Positions 26,673 through 38,717 of a stretch of DNA of 64,000 nt are shown piece by piece. Under the pieces are notes generated by a model. It was not told the DNA's origin. It made no database searches and saw nothing but the letters and a program-made list of their open reading frames with translations. The DNA is from Vicugna vicugna (taxonomy: Eukaryota). Positions within the stretch are counted from its first letter, which is position 1. Each line of letters begins with the position of its first letter. Made by a program: the position numbers and the translations under genes. The DNA is taken from NCBI GenBank assembly GCA_013265495.1, contig MU061538.1, positions 1,879,339 through 1,943,338 of the forward strand, read 5' to 3'.

Positions 26673-27384
26673 AATAATGTGTTACAGGGAGGAACTGAGG
26701 TCTGCACAGTGGAGATGTGAGGGCGGCCACTGAGCCTCTCCTCCAGGGTTTAGAGCCTCCCCACCCCCAGTCAGCATTTGCTAGTCTTCTGGGTTGTAAA
26801 GGGAGTGCCTTGGAGTATATTTCTAATCCACAAATGGCACTCTTCTCCAGTGGAATTCTAGTAAATATCATTTTGCCACCCCCGTGCATTTTTAGTGTGG
26901 TTTGTGTGTGTGTGTGTATCCCGTTAGACTGACACCTCAGGAAACCCGCCCGCTGGTCCGCCCCACAGGCAGTGTCTACCAGGTTTCTCCAATGGACCGT
27001 TCTGCTTCCTTTGTAATCAATGTGTCTTGTGGGGAGATGCTTTGAGATTACGTAAATACTCTATTTCTAATCAAACATCATCCACTAGTTTAGCATTCAT
27101 GGATGATTCCTGCCTGAACTGACTATGATGATGTTGGGTACCAAATGATGCTTTTATAACTCCACAATTCTACCTTTATCACTTGTAATCCTACTGTGAG
27201 GAAGAGCCTTCTTATTTAGTTATTTATTCGATTATTTCCTTCTGTCAGTATCGACGCATGAATTTCTATTTTATTCGGGGGATTAGAATCTAATATTATC
27301 ATTATTTATTATGTTCAAATTGTCACAGATTTAGCCATTAGACAACCTTTCAAGTTGGATCCAGTATCCTTTTGCCTTTAGCTT

Positions 27385-27735
27385 TAGAAGATGGGCAAAT
27401 GATTGCGCCCCGTTCTAAATTCCTATGTTGAAACCTCCCCACCTAAAGTGATGGTGTTAGGAGTTGGGGTTTTAGGCGGTGATCAGTTAAGTGAGGTTGT
27501 GAGTGTGGAGCCCCCAGGAAGGATCAGCCCCCGCATTGGGAGAGGAACCAGAGCACTCCCTCTGCCACATGAACACACAGCAAGAACGCAGCCGTATGGA
27601 AGCCACAGGAGGGTTCTCCCCGAGAACCCATTATGCCGCGTTTTGATCTTGGACTTCCAGCCTCCAGAACTGAGAGAAAGAAATGTGTTTTTCAAGGTGC
27701 CCAGGTCGGTGGTGCTTTCACAAGACAGAGAGACG
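27385..27735 (+). mobile_element. MLT1A/B-like MaLR solo LTR
   Basis: AAATTCCTATGTTGAAACC...GTGATGGTGTTAGGAG...TCTTGGACTTCCAGCCTCCAGAACTGAGAGAAAGAAATGTG. Confidence 0.85.
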
Positions 27736-29119
27736 ATTCAGAGAACACAGTTATGGTTCCTTCCTTGCCCACCCCCTTCTGGGTCAATATGTTCTTTGTT
27801 ACACAATTTTTGTTTGTTTGTATTTCGCTGGAGTTCTTCCTCCATCCTAATTGATTGACGCATGTGAAGCACTGACTTGGTTCTAAAGTCAGACCATACA
27901 AAGGGTGTAATCAGAGAGGCGTCCCTCCCCAGCCCTGGCACCCCCTCCCACTCCCCCATATTTTCCACCCCATGCTCACCATCCTCTCCAGTGATTTCTG
28001 ATTTCCCCTTTCTAGGTTTCTTTCTTGCAACAGACGACGCATATATTTTCTTATTCTCCTCATTTCTTAGGTAACGGGAGCTCCACATGGAGATACTCAC
28101 ACCATCGTCTCCCTCTTTCTCATGTGCGGGCCCCTGTGTTATTTGGCGACTGGGACCCGTCAACAATGCCACCCCTCCTCCGTGGGTAGGTGGTGGCCTG
28201 TGGTCTGCTCCTTCAGCTCTTTTTGTTGGAAACTCATCTCTCCCTTTGTTGCTATTAGCTCATGTTGGGAGCACAGAGAACTCTCCAAGACCCAAAAGCT
28301 GTAGTGGGCAGCTCCCTGGCTGGACTGCTCATGTATCGATGCTCCAAGCAGTGGAGTAAATTCTCCAGGATGAACCCCGTTATCTTGCAGGCTGTCCTGC
28401 AGAATGACAGAAACAGATGGCAGTGAGGCTGTGCCAGGGATGTCCTCATTCTCAGCCTGATCTGGACACACATTTTCACAATTCCATGCTGTTAATGGCA
28501 CTCAGCCCACAGGCCATGTGCCCTACTTAAATACGAAGTCTTCAAAAGAGGGTCGAAGGGAGATGTTTACTACGATTGTCATCAGCGCTTTGAAGAGGAC
28601 CCTCAGCGAAGTCCAAGGCCCCAGGGGTGGTGTCTGGAGAGCAGAGGGAGGCAGGAAATGCACGTCACAGCAGGGGTGCCCCTCTGCCACCCCAGATGGA
28701 GCGCTTGCACTCGGGGACTTTAAAGCAGCTGCGCCCGAGGGGCTGAGCCAGGGTTGATCGGGGCTCCCCGGCGATCCTGAGGAGTGAGGACGAGCAGGCT
28801 GTCCCGGTCTGTTTCAGGCTGGAGGCCCTGCCGTCAGCCAGCGAAGTTGGGGAGCTGCGCTCGTAGTAAGCACGAGGAGTGCCGGTGTCTCTGAGGCCCG
28901 CACGCTGAGAGTCGCCGTCCCGGCCCGGGCCTGGGGTAGCGGGACGAGTGAGCCCCAGAACCACGTGCCCAGCTCTCTTCCGGGACCAGACACAGCGTAG
29001 GACACGCCACCCGTTCATTCTGACGTGTGGAGAATATGTAAGACACGAGCCCCTCCGTCCATCCCACTGCCCAGCACGTCCAGCAGCCTCCGTGAAGCAT
29101 CCGCGAGACGCGGCTCTAC

Positions 29120-29480
29120 TCCTTGCACAGTCAGTCTAACTGGGAGGAACAGACAATAAACAATAAATAAACTTACTAAACAGTGAAGGTGAAAATGCAA
29201 CAAACTGAACAAAAAGAGCAGGACAAGGCCACTGAGAAGGTGGCTGCAGTTTTAAATCAGTGGTCAGGGAGGGCCTTACTGAGCATGTGACTCTGGAGCA
29301 GAGACTTGGCGAAGGTGAAGACCTAGTCATGGGATGTCTGGGGAAAGACCCTCTGGGCAGCAGGAAGAGCAAGTGCAAAGGCCCTGAGGCAGGGTGGTGC
29401 ACAGAGATGTGAGGAACAGCGAGGTCATCGTGCGGTTGGAGTCACCATGGTGCTGGTCACCGGAGTAAGAAGTGAGGATC
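29120..29480 (-). mobile_element. LINE-2 fragment
   Basis: GTGGTCAGGGAGGGCCTTACTGAG...GAGCAGAGACTTG...GCAAGTGCAAAGGCCCTGAGGCAGG. Confidence 0.75.
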
Positions 29481-29632
29481 TAAGACAGAAAGACTTTTTT
29501 TTTTCAATGGCTTTTTTTTCATTTTTAAAAAGCATTCAGTTTCCAAATGGCTAAACAGGCTGTGTAACCTTCAGTTTTTCCCCTACAAAAACTGTTAAGG
29601 AGACACTAAAGGGTCGTGTAGCCAGACTCACA

Positions 29633-29861
29633 AGAGTTGTTTTGCAAATCATGCTCACTACTCGTTAGTGGGTGATGAAGACAATTTAGTGGGTCGTGAC
29701 CCGCACTTAAAAAAAAAAGGAAGTAGTACAGAACAGAATAAAAACTGTCGCAGGGCACTGCACCTAGCTAGAGTGTTATTTCATGAAACTTTTGTTTCCT
29801 GGGTAACAGAAAATTGAACGTAACTTAGGCATTTGTTAAAAGTAAGGTTTGAATCTCACTG
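29633..29861 (+). mobile_element. hAT-Charlie remnant (MER103-like)
   Basis: TTAGTGGGTGATGAAGACAATTTAGTGGGTCGTGACC...TTATTTCATGAAACTTTTG...GTTTGAATCTCACTG. Confidence 0.6.
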
Positions 29862-30042
29862 ACTCAAATCTCTACTTGGGCTACTGACTTAAATTAATTC
29901 GTGACTGAATTGGCCTTGTTTCCAAAAATCCACACGTAGCTTCAGGAAACACTTCTGCTGTCACTCAGCCAAGGAAAAGGAAGGAGCGCTTACCCTTTAA
30001 GGAGAAGTGGCCTGATCCGTGCTGATAACGTGGAGGGGAAGG

Positions 30043-30056
30043 GCGCCACCTGCAGG
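30043..30056 (-). promoter_or_regulatory. Candidate CTCF site
   Basis: Minus strand CCTGCAGGTGGCGC matches CCASYAGRKGGCRS with one mismatch, in apparently unique DNA between repeats. Confidence 0.55.
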
Positions 30057-30254
30057 CTGCACGGCTTAGGTCGCTGGATCACCTACCTGGGCCAGTTCTC
30101 TGAGGTTTAAAAGGCAGTCATTTGAAACCCGGTGGGCTTCACTGGGGCGGTGTAGGATCGATAATGCCACAGAGATGAATGTGCTTTAACCACAACTGCT
30201 GCCCAAAGATAAAATAAGGTATTGAAAAATTAATAGCTAGCAATTATGAAATTT

Positions 30255-32220
30255 TGCTTTTATAGTGGTAAAATAAACAAAACATAATTTTCCATTTTAA
30301 CCATTTTTAAACGTACAGTTCCGTAGCATTAAGTTCATTCACATTGTTGTGCAAGTAGCACCACCATCCATGTCCAGAACCTTTTCATCTCCCCCAAATT
30401 ATGAAGCTTCATTCATGAAAACAAAGAGCAAAATTCACTGTGTTTTGTATACAATGCTGAGCGCTCTGACAGATGTACAGTTATATAGCCACTACCTCAT
30501 CAGATATAGAATAATAGCTCAAAATCTCCCCAGATTCCTTCCTGTTCCTTTTTGGTCAACCCCTCCTCCAACCCCAGTGCTTGGCAACCACTGATCTTCT
30601 TTTTGTCTTTATTTTGCCTTTTCTAGAATGTTATGTAAGTGGAATCACGTAAATGGAATCAGTCAGTAGGTGGTCTCTTAGGTCTGGCCCTGTACTGGCA
30701 CCATGCACTGAGGATTGTGTGCAGTGTTGAATGGATCGGTGTGGGGTAGGATTCCACTGTAAAGACAGACCCCGGTTCTTCACGCATCCCTCAGTTGTTG
30801 GTGATTAGGAACAAAGCACTGTCAACATTTGCAAACAGGTTTTTGTGTGAACGTGAGCTTCATTTCCCATGGGTCAATAGGAGTGAAATTTCTGGGTAAC
30901 ATGAGAAGTATATGTTTAACTGAGAGAAGCTGCCAAGCTGGCTTCCAAAGCGCTGTACCATTTTGCCTTTGCATCGGCAGAGTATGCGAGATGCCATTGC
31001 TTTGAATCCTCGTCAACACTTGGCGTTATTGTTTGTTAAAAATATCTTTGAGCGTTCTAATGGAGGTGCAGTGGGATTTCATTGTGGTTTTATTTGCATT
31101 TCCCTAAAGTGACAAAGGATATTGAGCATCTTTCATGTGCTGGTTTGCCACCCAGATAACTTTGGTCAAACTTTTTGCCTATTTTAAGAACAGGCCAGCA
31201 ATTATGAAACTTTGCTATTATAGTGATAAAATGCACAAACTTATTGCCTACTTTCAGATTGGGTTGTTTGTTTCTTGTTACCAGGTTTTGAGAATTCTTT
31301 TCATATGATGGAAGCAAGTCTCTATCACGTGTGTGTTTTGCAAATATTTTCTCCGAGTCAGTGGCTTGTCTTCATAACTGTTAGCATCTTTCAAAGAACA
31401 GAAGTTTTAAATTCTAACGAAGTCTAATTTATCAATTGTTTTTCTTTCATAGGTTATGCTTTTGATGTCCTAAGTAACCTCTGCCTAGCCAAAGTTGCAA
31501 AGATGGTCTTCTGTTTTCTCCTAGGCAGACGCTTTAGGACTTCAGGTCTTCCGTTGAAGTCTGTGATCCATTTAGAGCTAATTTTTATCACGGTGCAAGT
31601 AATGGGTCAAGGCTCATTTTTCGCTTCCTCTTTCAGGAATTGCTGTTTGTTTTTTTATTGAGGTATAGTTGATTTACAGTATGTTTCAGGTGTACAGCCT
31701 GGTGGCTCACAATTTTTAAATTCTGCTCCATTTACAGTTACTATAAAATACTGGCTACATTCCCTGCGCCGTGTCACTTATTTATTTCATGCATAGTAGT
31801 TTGTACCCCTTATTCTGATGCTTATGTCTGAAAGTATATATAGGCATTATTTTACTGGTTAATATATATAACATGAGTATTTTATAATTTAGTTAGTTGT
31901 TCTGTTGGTGATATTTAGAGTGTGTCTTGCATTGTTCTACCATATGTGCTGCTGGAATGAACCACTTCATCCACGTGTCGCTCAATTTGAGGGGTTTTTC
32001 TTGGGTTGGAAGGTTGGATCAATTTATCCTACAGTACTAGTGATTAACACATTTTCGTGTGTGTGATCATCTGGTGAGTTATGACGTCTCAGTTTGGGCT
32101 TTCGTTTGTATTTGATTGCTATTGAGATTAAACGTGTTTTCCGATGTTCACACTCCTTTGTAATGACCTCTTTCATGATTTGCCCGTTAGTCTTTCTACC
32201 TGTAAGTCAGTGTCTCTGTT
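30255..32220 (-). mobile_element. Antisense L1 fragments (L1MB/L1M-like), with a younger L1 tail at about 31650-31810
   Basis: T-rich plus strand with CATTTTAACCATTTTTAA..GTACAGTT, GCTGTACCATTTTG, CATTGTGGTTTTATTTGCATTTCCCT and TTGCAAATATTTTCTCC. Confidence 0.8.
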
Positions 32221-32953
32221 AGTCGGCATTCTAAGGCATATTCACTTTTACATGGGAAACATCACAGAGTCCTGACAGCCTGACACCTTTTTCTGCTTAG
32301 TATAAAGTGCAAGAAGAGACAAGGAAAATGTATTTCTATCAATCTTTGTGTTATTGGCCTCTAGATTTCTTGAAAAATAAGAAAAACAAAGTAGCATTTT
32401 TGACCTTTGAATTTTCAATTACTGTGCTGAGCTTTCAAGACAATTAAGACATAGATATTCTTCATATAGGATCTTGTCCCTCTTAATCCGTGATTGATAC
32501 CTCGTGCTGAAGCAGCATAGCATGTACAAAAGAGTCAGCTCAGAGAACACAAATGCTAATAAAAGATGGGATGTCAAATATGCTTCGAAAGAAAACAACA
32601 AAGAGAGAACATAATTTGCCTTTCTTAGATGTCCTGACGCTATCATGCGAGTCACCTAACACCACCTGGAGTTCCGTCTTGGTGACTGTCGTGTGTGAGC
32701 CTTGGTGACGGCCCCCGCTGGTGGCTGTCAGCGCTGTGCCTGAGCAGCTCCTGGAGAAAGGACCTGTTTTTAGAACATGGGCTGAAATTACAGTGTTTGA
32801 AAAATTTAAGCCTGTTTCATTTGTCTAGGTAACGTGCTATAAATATTTTATAAACATAAGTTGTTAAAGATGGCCTGTTATTTGGATTAAAAATTGAATA
32901 AATTCTCCCAGACCAGCCAGATCCACAATTTGATGCTATAGTCTCATTTCTAA

Positions 32954-33076
32954 CTTTTTTTTGGAGGGGGTGGGTTTATTTATTTATTTATTTATTTTAG
33001 TGGAGGCAGTGGGGACTGAACCCAGGACCTCATGCATGCTAGGCATGCGCTCTACCACTAAGCTATGTCCTCCCCC
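32954..33076 (-). mobile_element. Camelid tRNA-derived SINE (Vic-1-like)
   Basis: Reverse complement reads GGGGAGGACATAGCTTAGTGGTAGAGCGCATGCC...GGGTTCAGTCCCC...(AAAT)n...poly-A. TSD core TCTCATTTCTAA at 32942-32953 and 33083-33094. Confidence 0.9.
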
Positions 33077-36000
33077 TTACAATCTCATTTCTAAACACTG
33101 TAACCACTCTGATGGTGAGGACGGGGATGGTGACGGTGAGGAGAAGGTGCTAGAGATCCTGTCGATGTTCTGAGAAGGTCCTTGAACAGTCCTTTAGAGA
33201 ATGTTGAGAAATCTGAACTCCTAAAGGAGTTGGCACCTTCGAACTACGCTGTGTAGAATATTCTGCTTTCGGAAAACAAGGTTTCCAAAACTCCAGATGT
33301 GTGAGGTGGACAGTTTAAAAATTAGAACTTGATTGATCGCATTGCGAAGGAATTTTTCAGTTTGGAAAAATATGCTTTGTATTCCCTGTTTTAACTACCA
33401 GCTCTTTCTGTTCATTTAAAATGACTGAGTTGACCCATTTTTCATATCATTTGTTTTCCCAGGGTACTAACACCTTAAAACTACTTTGAAATGCAAAATC
33501 GTATCAACCCTGAATTCCCTGTTTCTCACACAAGCTGTACGTCGGTGCCCGTGAGATGGCAGAGCAAGTGCAGACGTGCTTTGCCAGCCACTTGCTGCCT
33601 GAAATGCAGCTTCTCAGGTACTTCTCTCTCGGTACTTGGTGGAAGATGAGCATTTGTCTTTTCCTCTCCAGTCAGAGTGATTTGGGGGGTTTTTTGCAAT
33701 GAATTTCCTGCTGGGAGAGCATTAGGGCTGATCAACAAGAACAGAGCAAACCCATTTAGGCCATTTAAACAAGGCATTATGCTCGTCACAGCCAACGGCT
33801 GTGAACCAGCTAATAATTTGCAATCTAGAAAGATATGCCTGTTTGAACACCCAAGTTCTCAACTTAATAGTTTATTTCATCTAATGCTGCCGTTCTCATT
33901 AGGAGCTCCCAGCCTATCAAATGGGTGTGAAAACAAAACCAAAATGAGCTTTGAGAACCAAAGAATTGACGTAAGGCTGAGTGTTGCCGTGTTCATGTGT
34001 TTTCAGTGCCCCTCTGGTAGGACCTGGCCACCAGTTAAGTTGGGACCTGGAGGCCCAGGTGTTCTCACCAACTGCTCAGTGATGACAGACATTTGTGGGT
34101 TCACCATCTGTGACACATCTAACCCGGTGGGGCCTGAGAGACCAAGGCGATACGTGTAGCCTTTAAGGGACAGCTTCGCATTTGAGGAGGGTTTATGACC
34201 GAGGAGTTGGTCTCCAGAGCCCTGTGGGCTCTGTGCAGCGAGAAGGGAGCAGGCGCTGACCGACACCGCAAACCCAGGGAAACAGGGATCCCCTCCGAAA
34301 CCGTCCTTTCCGGACCCTGACGGTAAACGAGCAGGCACATGCTTCTACTCGCAAAACGTGTCTGAGTAATTCCGGAAGAGCTGTGCGTCTCGCTTGCTGT
34401 TTGAAGCTCCCGCAGACACAAAACGCAATTGTTTTCTCAGGCAGCGGTTAGCTTATTGATCCTGTTGGACCAAAGAGCAGAACTATGAAAAATCACTCCG
34501 ACAAGCACTGCTTTCATCTTCAGGCAATAAAAGCATCTTTAAAATCTGATTAAAACACTTGGAGACAAATAAAATCACTTCGGTTTAACAGCAGTGCCGG
34601 ACGGAGGGGGTCCCACGGGAACCCCCCCAGGGATTTTCCTGGTGTTTCCAAGAACGCACATTTGAGAGTCAGAAACTGTGGTTTTAAAATCCAAAGGAAG
34701 CCTGAATTCTTGACGAGGTTTCTCCTCATTACCTTTTCGCAACCTTTGTTTTAATTTATATGATTCATTTCCAGTAACTAGCTGTCTGTCCTGTCTCTCT
34801 TCCTAGGTTCTCTACTATTTGGGGTCTGGGCACCGGTGGTTCCCAGGGTCCCAGCCTCCCTGGCGTCAAGGAAAGGGTCTCAGGTTGTGTGAGCAACCAG
34901 GGCAGGGTAGAGGCAGAAATGGGGATGGGGAGGGCAGAGGCAGGAAGGGCGGGGCACGAGGGGTCCTGGCTACCAGGAGGAACCGGGAGCTGGTGCCTAT
35001 GGTGACCTGGCAAATCCTGCAGCTCACAGCCTTGGTCCCGCCCCCCAGCCCCTGTGTGACTTCTGTCCCCTTTGGGGCCGTCCCGGGTGTTCATGTCACC
35101 TGATGTCACCCACCTAGGGCACACCTTCTGACTGGTTCCAGCGATTAGAAGGAGGAGAAGCAGCCAGAGAGCCGGCCCACGCTTCCTGACGGGAAGTGAG
35201 TCTCAGTATTGCCAAAGGGCCCTCTGCTCCAGCTGCCTGACTTCCCCACCTGCAAAGGGAGGGGAGGCCTGACCTCTGGACTCTGCGAAGGCTGCCCAAG
35301 CCTTCAGGGACTCCCCTGAGAGCCGGCAATGAGGCACTCTGAATTTACAAAGCTGTTTGCACACACCTGTGGTCACCAGCTCTCCTGGTGTGGAGTGGGA
35401 GGCGTGCCTCAGACGGCAGGTTAGGACACCCAGGAGCCGGAGCCCCAGGCGCAGCAGGGCACCCCTCCCCACGGGCCCCTTCCCTGTAAGGGCAGTGAAT
35501 GCGCCAAGATCACCTGTGAGGGAAAGGCCAAATATTTTGTCAAAATAAAAATTAATAGCCATGTCTTACTTCCCACGGCTGAGATTTATGAAGCTTTTAT
35601 AATAAAGCGGCAAATCCCAAAGTGTGGGCTTTCTCACAAACTAGCGATAATTTATTTCTGGCAAAATTAACACTTTTTCTCAGTAGACGTTGGGACTTTG
35701 TACTTTTCTTTTTCCTTCCTCTGAGGCTGTTCACTGAGGTATTTGGTTTTAGGAGGAGGAGTTTGAATTTAGGGATTACGAATAATATTATTTCCTTAAA
35801 CCTTTCCCAGTGGAGCACGTGGCAGACCCCGTGACCGTGACGTGTGAGGTTTCTGAAGCAATCCGACTTGGTAGCGCGTGAACTGTGTTTTAGGCCCTCA
35901 TGTTGTAAGTTGCACAGCGCCGGAAAGACCTCCGAACAAGCTACGGCCTCCCGTACACACTGAGGCCTGCTCACACCTGAGGGCACCCAGCCACGGCACT

Positions 36001-36683
36001 GAAACGCCCTGGGCGTCTGAGCTTCCTCCTGGAACCGGGCCACCTCCCAGCGACGGAGAGGTGGCGGCGGGGGTGGGGGGGGAGCCCGCCAGCTTCAGAG
36101 AAGCACTGTAAAGTCACGTGTGTGCAAACAGGGAAGAGGTGTGACCCCACACACCGGTGAAGTGGGGGTACTTGCAGCCCCAAAGTGCCAAGTTCAAAAA
36201 TCATTCTCAAAAGGTTTAGGAGCTGGCAGCCAGTGGCCAAGACTTATTTGGGGAAAACCACCCACGTTTTTCTTCTGGACAGTAGGAGTCTGTGGGAGAG
36301 CTGGGGGAGGACCCGGAGGCCTGGCAGCTAAGTCCTGCCCACTGCCATGGAATCAGTGAGTGGCCCGAAGGTCAGTGAGTGGGGGCTGTGTGCTCAAAGC
36401 CGGCTGGAGCCCGGGAGTCGGCCCCCGCTTGTGCCTGGCAGAGACTTGAAGGTGTCCAGGGGAGTGGGGCAGCCTCACCGTGGGAGGGGGGCTCCAGGTG
36501 CCCTGAGGGAGGCTGCGGGTGCAGAGGAGCTGGGGCAGCTAACTAGAAGCCGGGCTCCCGCGTGGCTGCTGAGGGGAGCGTACTAGGGTTTCCCCAGCCA
36601 GCGCTAAGTGGGAAGTGGGGGCGGGGATTCAGGAAGCTGTCAGATGCCAATCGATTCTGGGCATTTTGACCTAGTTGTTACCC

Positions 36684-36860
36684 TTCCACTCCATCCACAC
36701 CCACCTCCATCCACCCCCCCACCTCCAACCACCCCTCACCTCCATCTACCCTCACACCTCCATCCACTCTCCCCACACCTCCATCCAACCCCACTACCTC
36801 CATCTACCCCCCCACCCCCCCTGGGGAGTGGACGGGGTGGGGGTGGATTGAGGTGTGTGT
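36684..36860. repeat. C-rich degenerate minisatellite (core ACCTCCATCCACC) followed by an inverted G-rich copy
   Basis: About 7 imperfect units of 17-20 bp. The reverse complement of 36840-36857 (CACACCTCAATCCACCCC) matches 36753-36770 at 15/18. Confidence 0.75.
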
Positions 36861-38717
36861 GTTGAGGTGTAAGGTGCATTCCTATGGCCCCATAACTTTC
36901 AACAACAAAGTTGAAAATGAAACTCAGTGGGAAAAGCCTTAGGAATCCCACGCGGAAACCCAGTCAAATCAATTGGGTATGAGTGTAAAATAAAGATATT
37001 TTTAATTTACATTGTCTTAAAAAGTGTCTCCAAAGCATCCTCTCATGGAGGCTACTGTGTTGCACTTAAAGTGGGAAGTGGGCGAGGGAGGCAGCCCCGG
37101 AGTCCAGGACCCCACGAGGCGGTGGTTTGGCCACGCAGAGCAGTGGGTTCCGTCGGGTGTTCTGGGTGTGAGTCAGAGATGCTTTAGAAAACCACTTGCA
37201 CGGAAAGCAAGTCCGCCACTGACGAGTAGGAAACCTGTGCTGGAAAGGCAATGGGATGCCGCAGGCTGGGCTCGGCCGAGAGCGGCTGCCACAGTCGTGA
37301 GTGATGTGAGCGCTGAGCACAGATTTAACAAAAATGCGATGAGCCCGCGCGGGAAGCGCCAGGAGAGCGTGTGCAGCCGGGGGCGGGCCGGGGAGGGGCT
37401 TGTGCGGAGCCAAGTCCTCATCTTCCCACTCGGCCAGTCTGAGAGCCTCTCACGCAGACACTGAGCGGTAGCGGCGCCAGCTGGTGCGTCGAAGCTCGCA
37501 ACCTCTCTGCACGTGCTACTCTGATCAACACTAAAAGAATGTGTAGTGTCCCACACCCCGCACACACAAAATGATGCAATACAAACACGCACCCCCCCCC
37601 CAGTGCAGCCTGCAAAGTCAAAGAATGCTGGGGGAGTTGGGCCCCTGCGGCGGGAGCCAGCCTGCTCCCCTCCCCGCCTGCTGGGTGTGGTCCTGAGTCT
37701 CCCTGGTGCTTGGATTAACACAGTCCGTTTTCTTCCCAGTGTGCTCCGGTGACACTGTGCTTCTGGGAAGGACGGTCCCAAGACATACGGCCTTGATTAT
37801 TTCCACAGGAAACAGGGAAAACGTGCACAGTGCAAATGCAATGTTGTTTACGGTGGGTTCGCACATTATTTCCCTAGTGTGAGCCCGTTACACGCGCCCT
37901 CAGTGCCTCAGGCCACGAGGCACATGTGGTTCCTGACTCCTGCTACAGCTGGGATCAGAACCGCGCTCCGAGGATCACCGCCTGCTGCGGGGGCGCGTAA
38001 ACCTGGGTGAGATGCCGAGTGGTTCACTGGCTCGGTCAGCATTGCCCCCCCAGGATCCCAGGTCCGGCGGCCCCGCGGCACGCAGGACGTGGTGCGGCGT
38101 ATTGTGTGATGGATGCAGAGGGCGACCAGCAGTCCATGGAAGGGAGAACTTTTATGCCGAGCTTTGTTTTTTCTGGCTTTTTTAGTTCAAGGACAATTGA
38201 TGGCATGTTAGAGCTAGAAATGCTCTTGGAGTCCACTTAATAATATCCCCTCTTTTTACGGTGGGGAAGCTGAGTCTTACAGATATGTGAACTGCTCCGA
38301 TCAGTTACTCACTTGGTCAGAAACTTTCCTGAGCATCCCTGGGGGCTCCGCTGTCCCAGCACAGGGAGGGAGGAGTGCGGCCCTGCGGGCACCAAAGCTG
38401 GGCTCATACTCAGACCAGGCAGCATGAGAGTGCTCAGGGAAGGCTTCCTGGAGGAGGCAACACTTGAATCAAGTCTGGAAGGACCAGGAGCAGTTGGGCT
38501 AATACAGAAGGGTTTGGGAGGGAGCCTCTCAGGCCCAGGGGCCAACCTGTGCAAAGAGGTGCATTTGGGAAACTCGGCGTGAGGCACCTGGACAAAGTGG
38601 CACCCGGAGAGGCAGGTGGGTCCCATGGGTGGGAGGCTGGGCTGTATCCTCAGGGAAATTTGGGTGCCATCGGTGGATCTGGGGTATTTGGAATTTGAGT
38701 CACCTTTAGGTTGGTAT

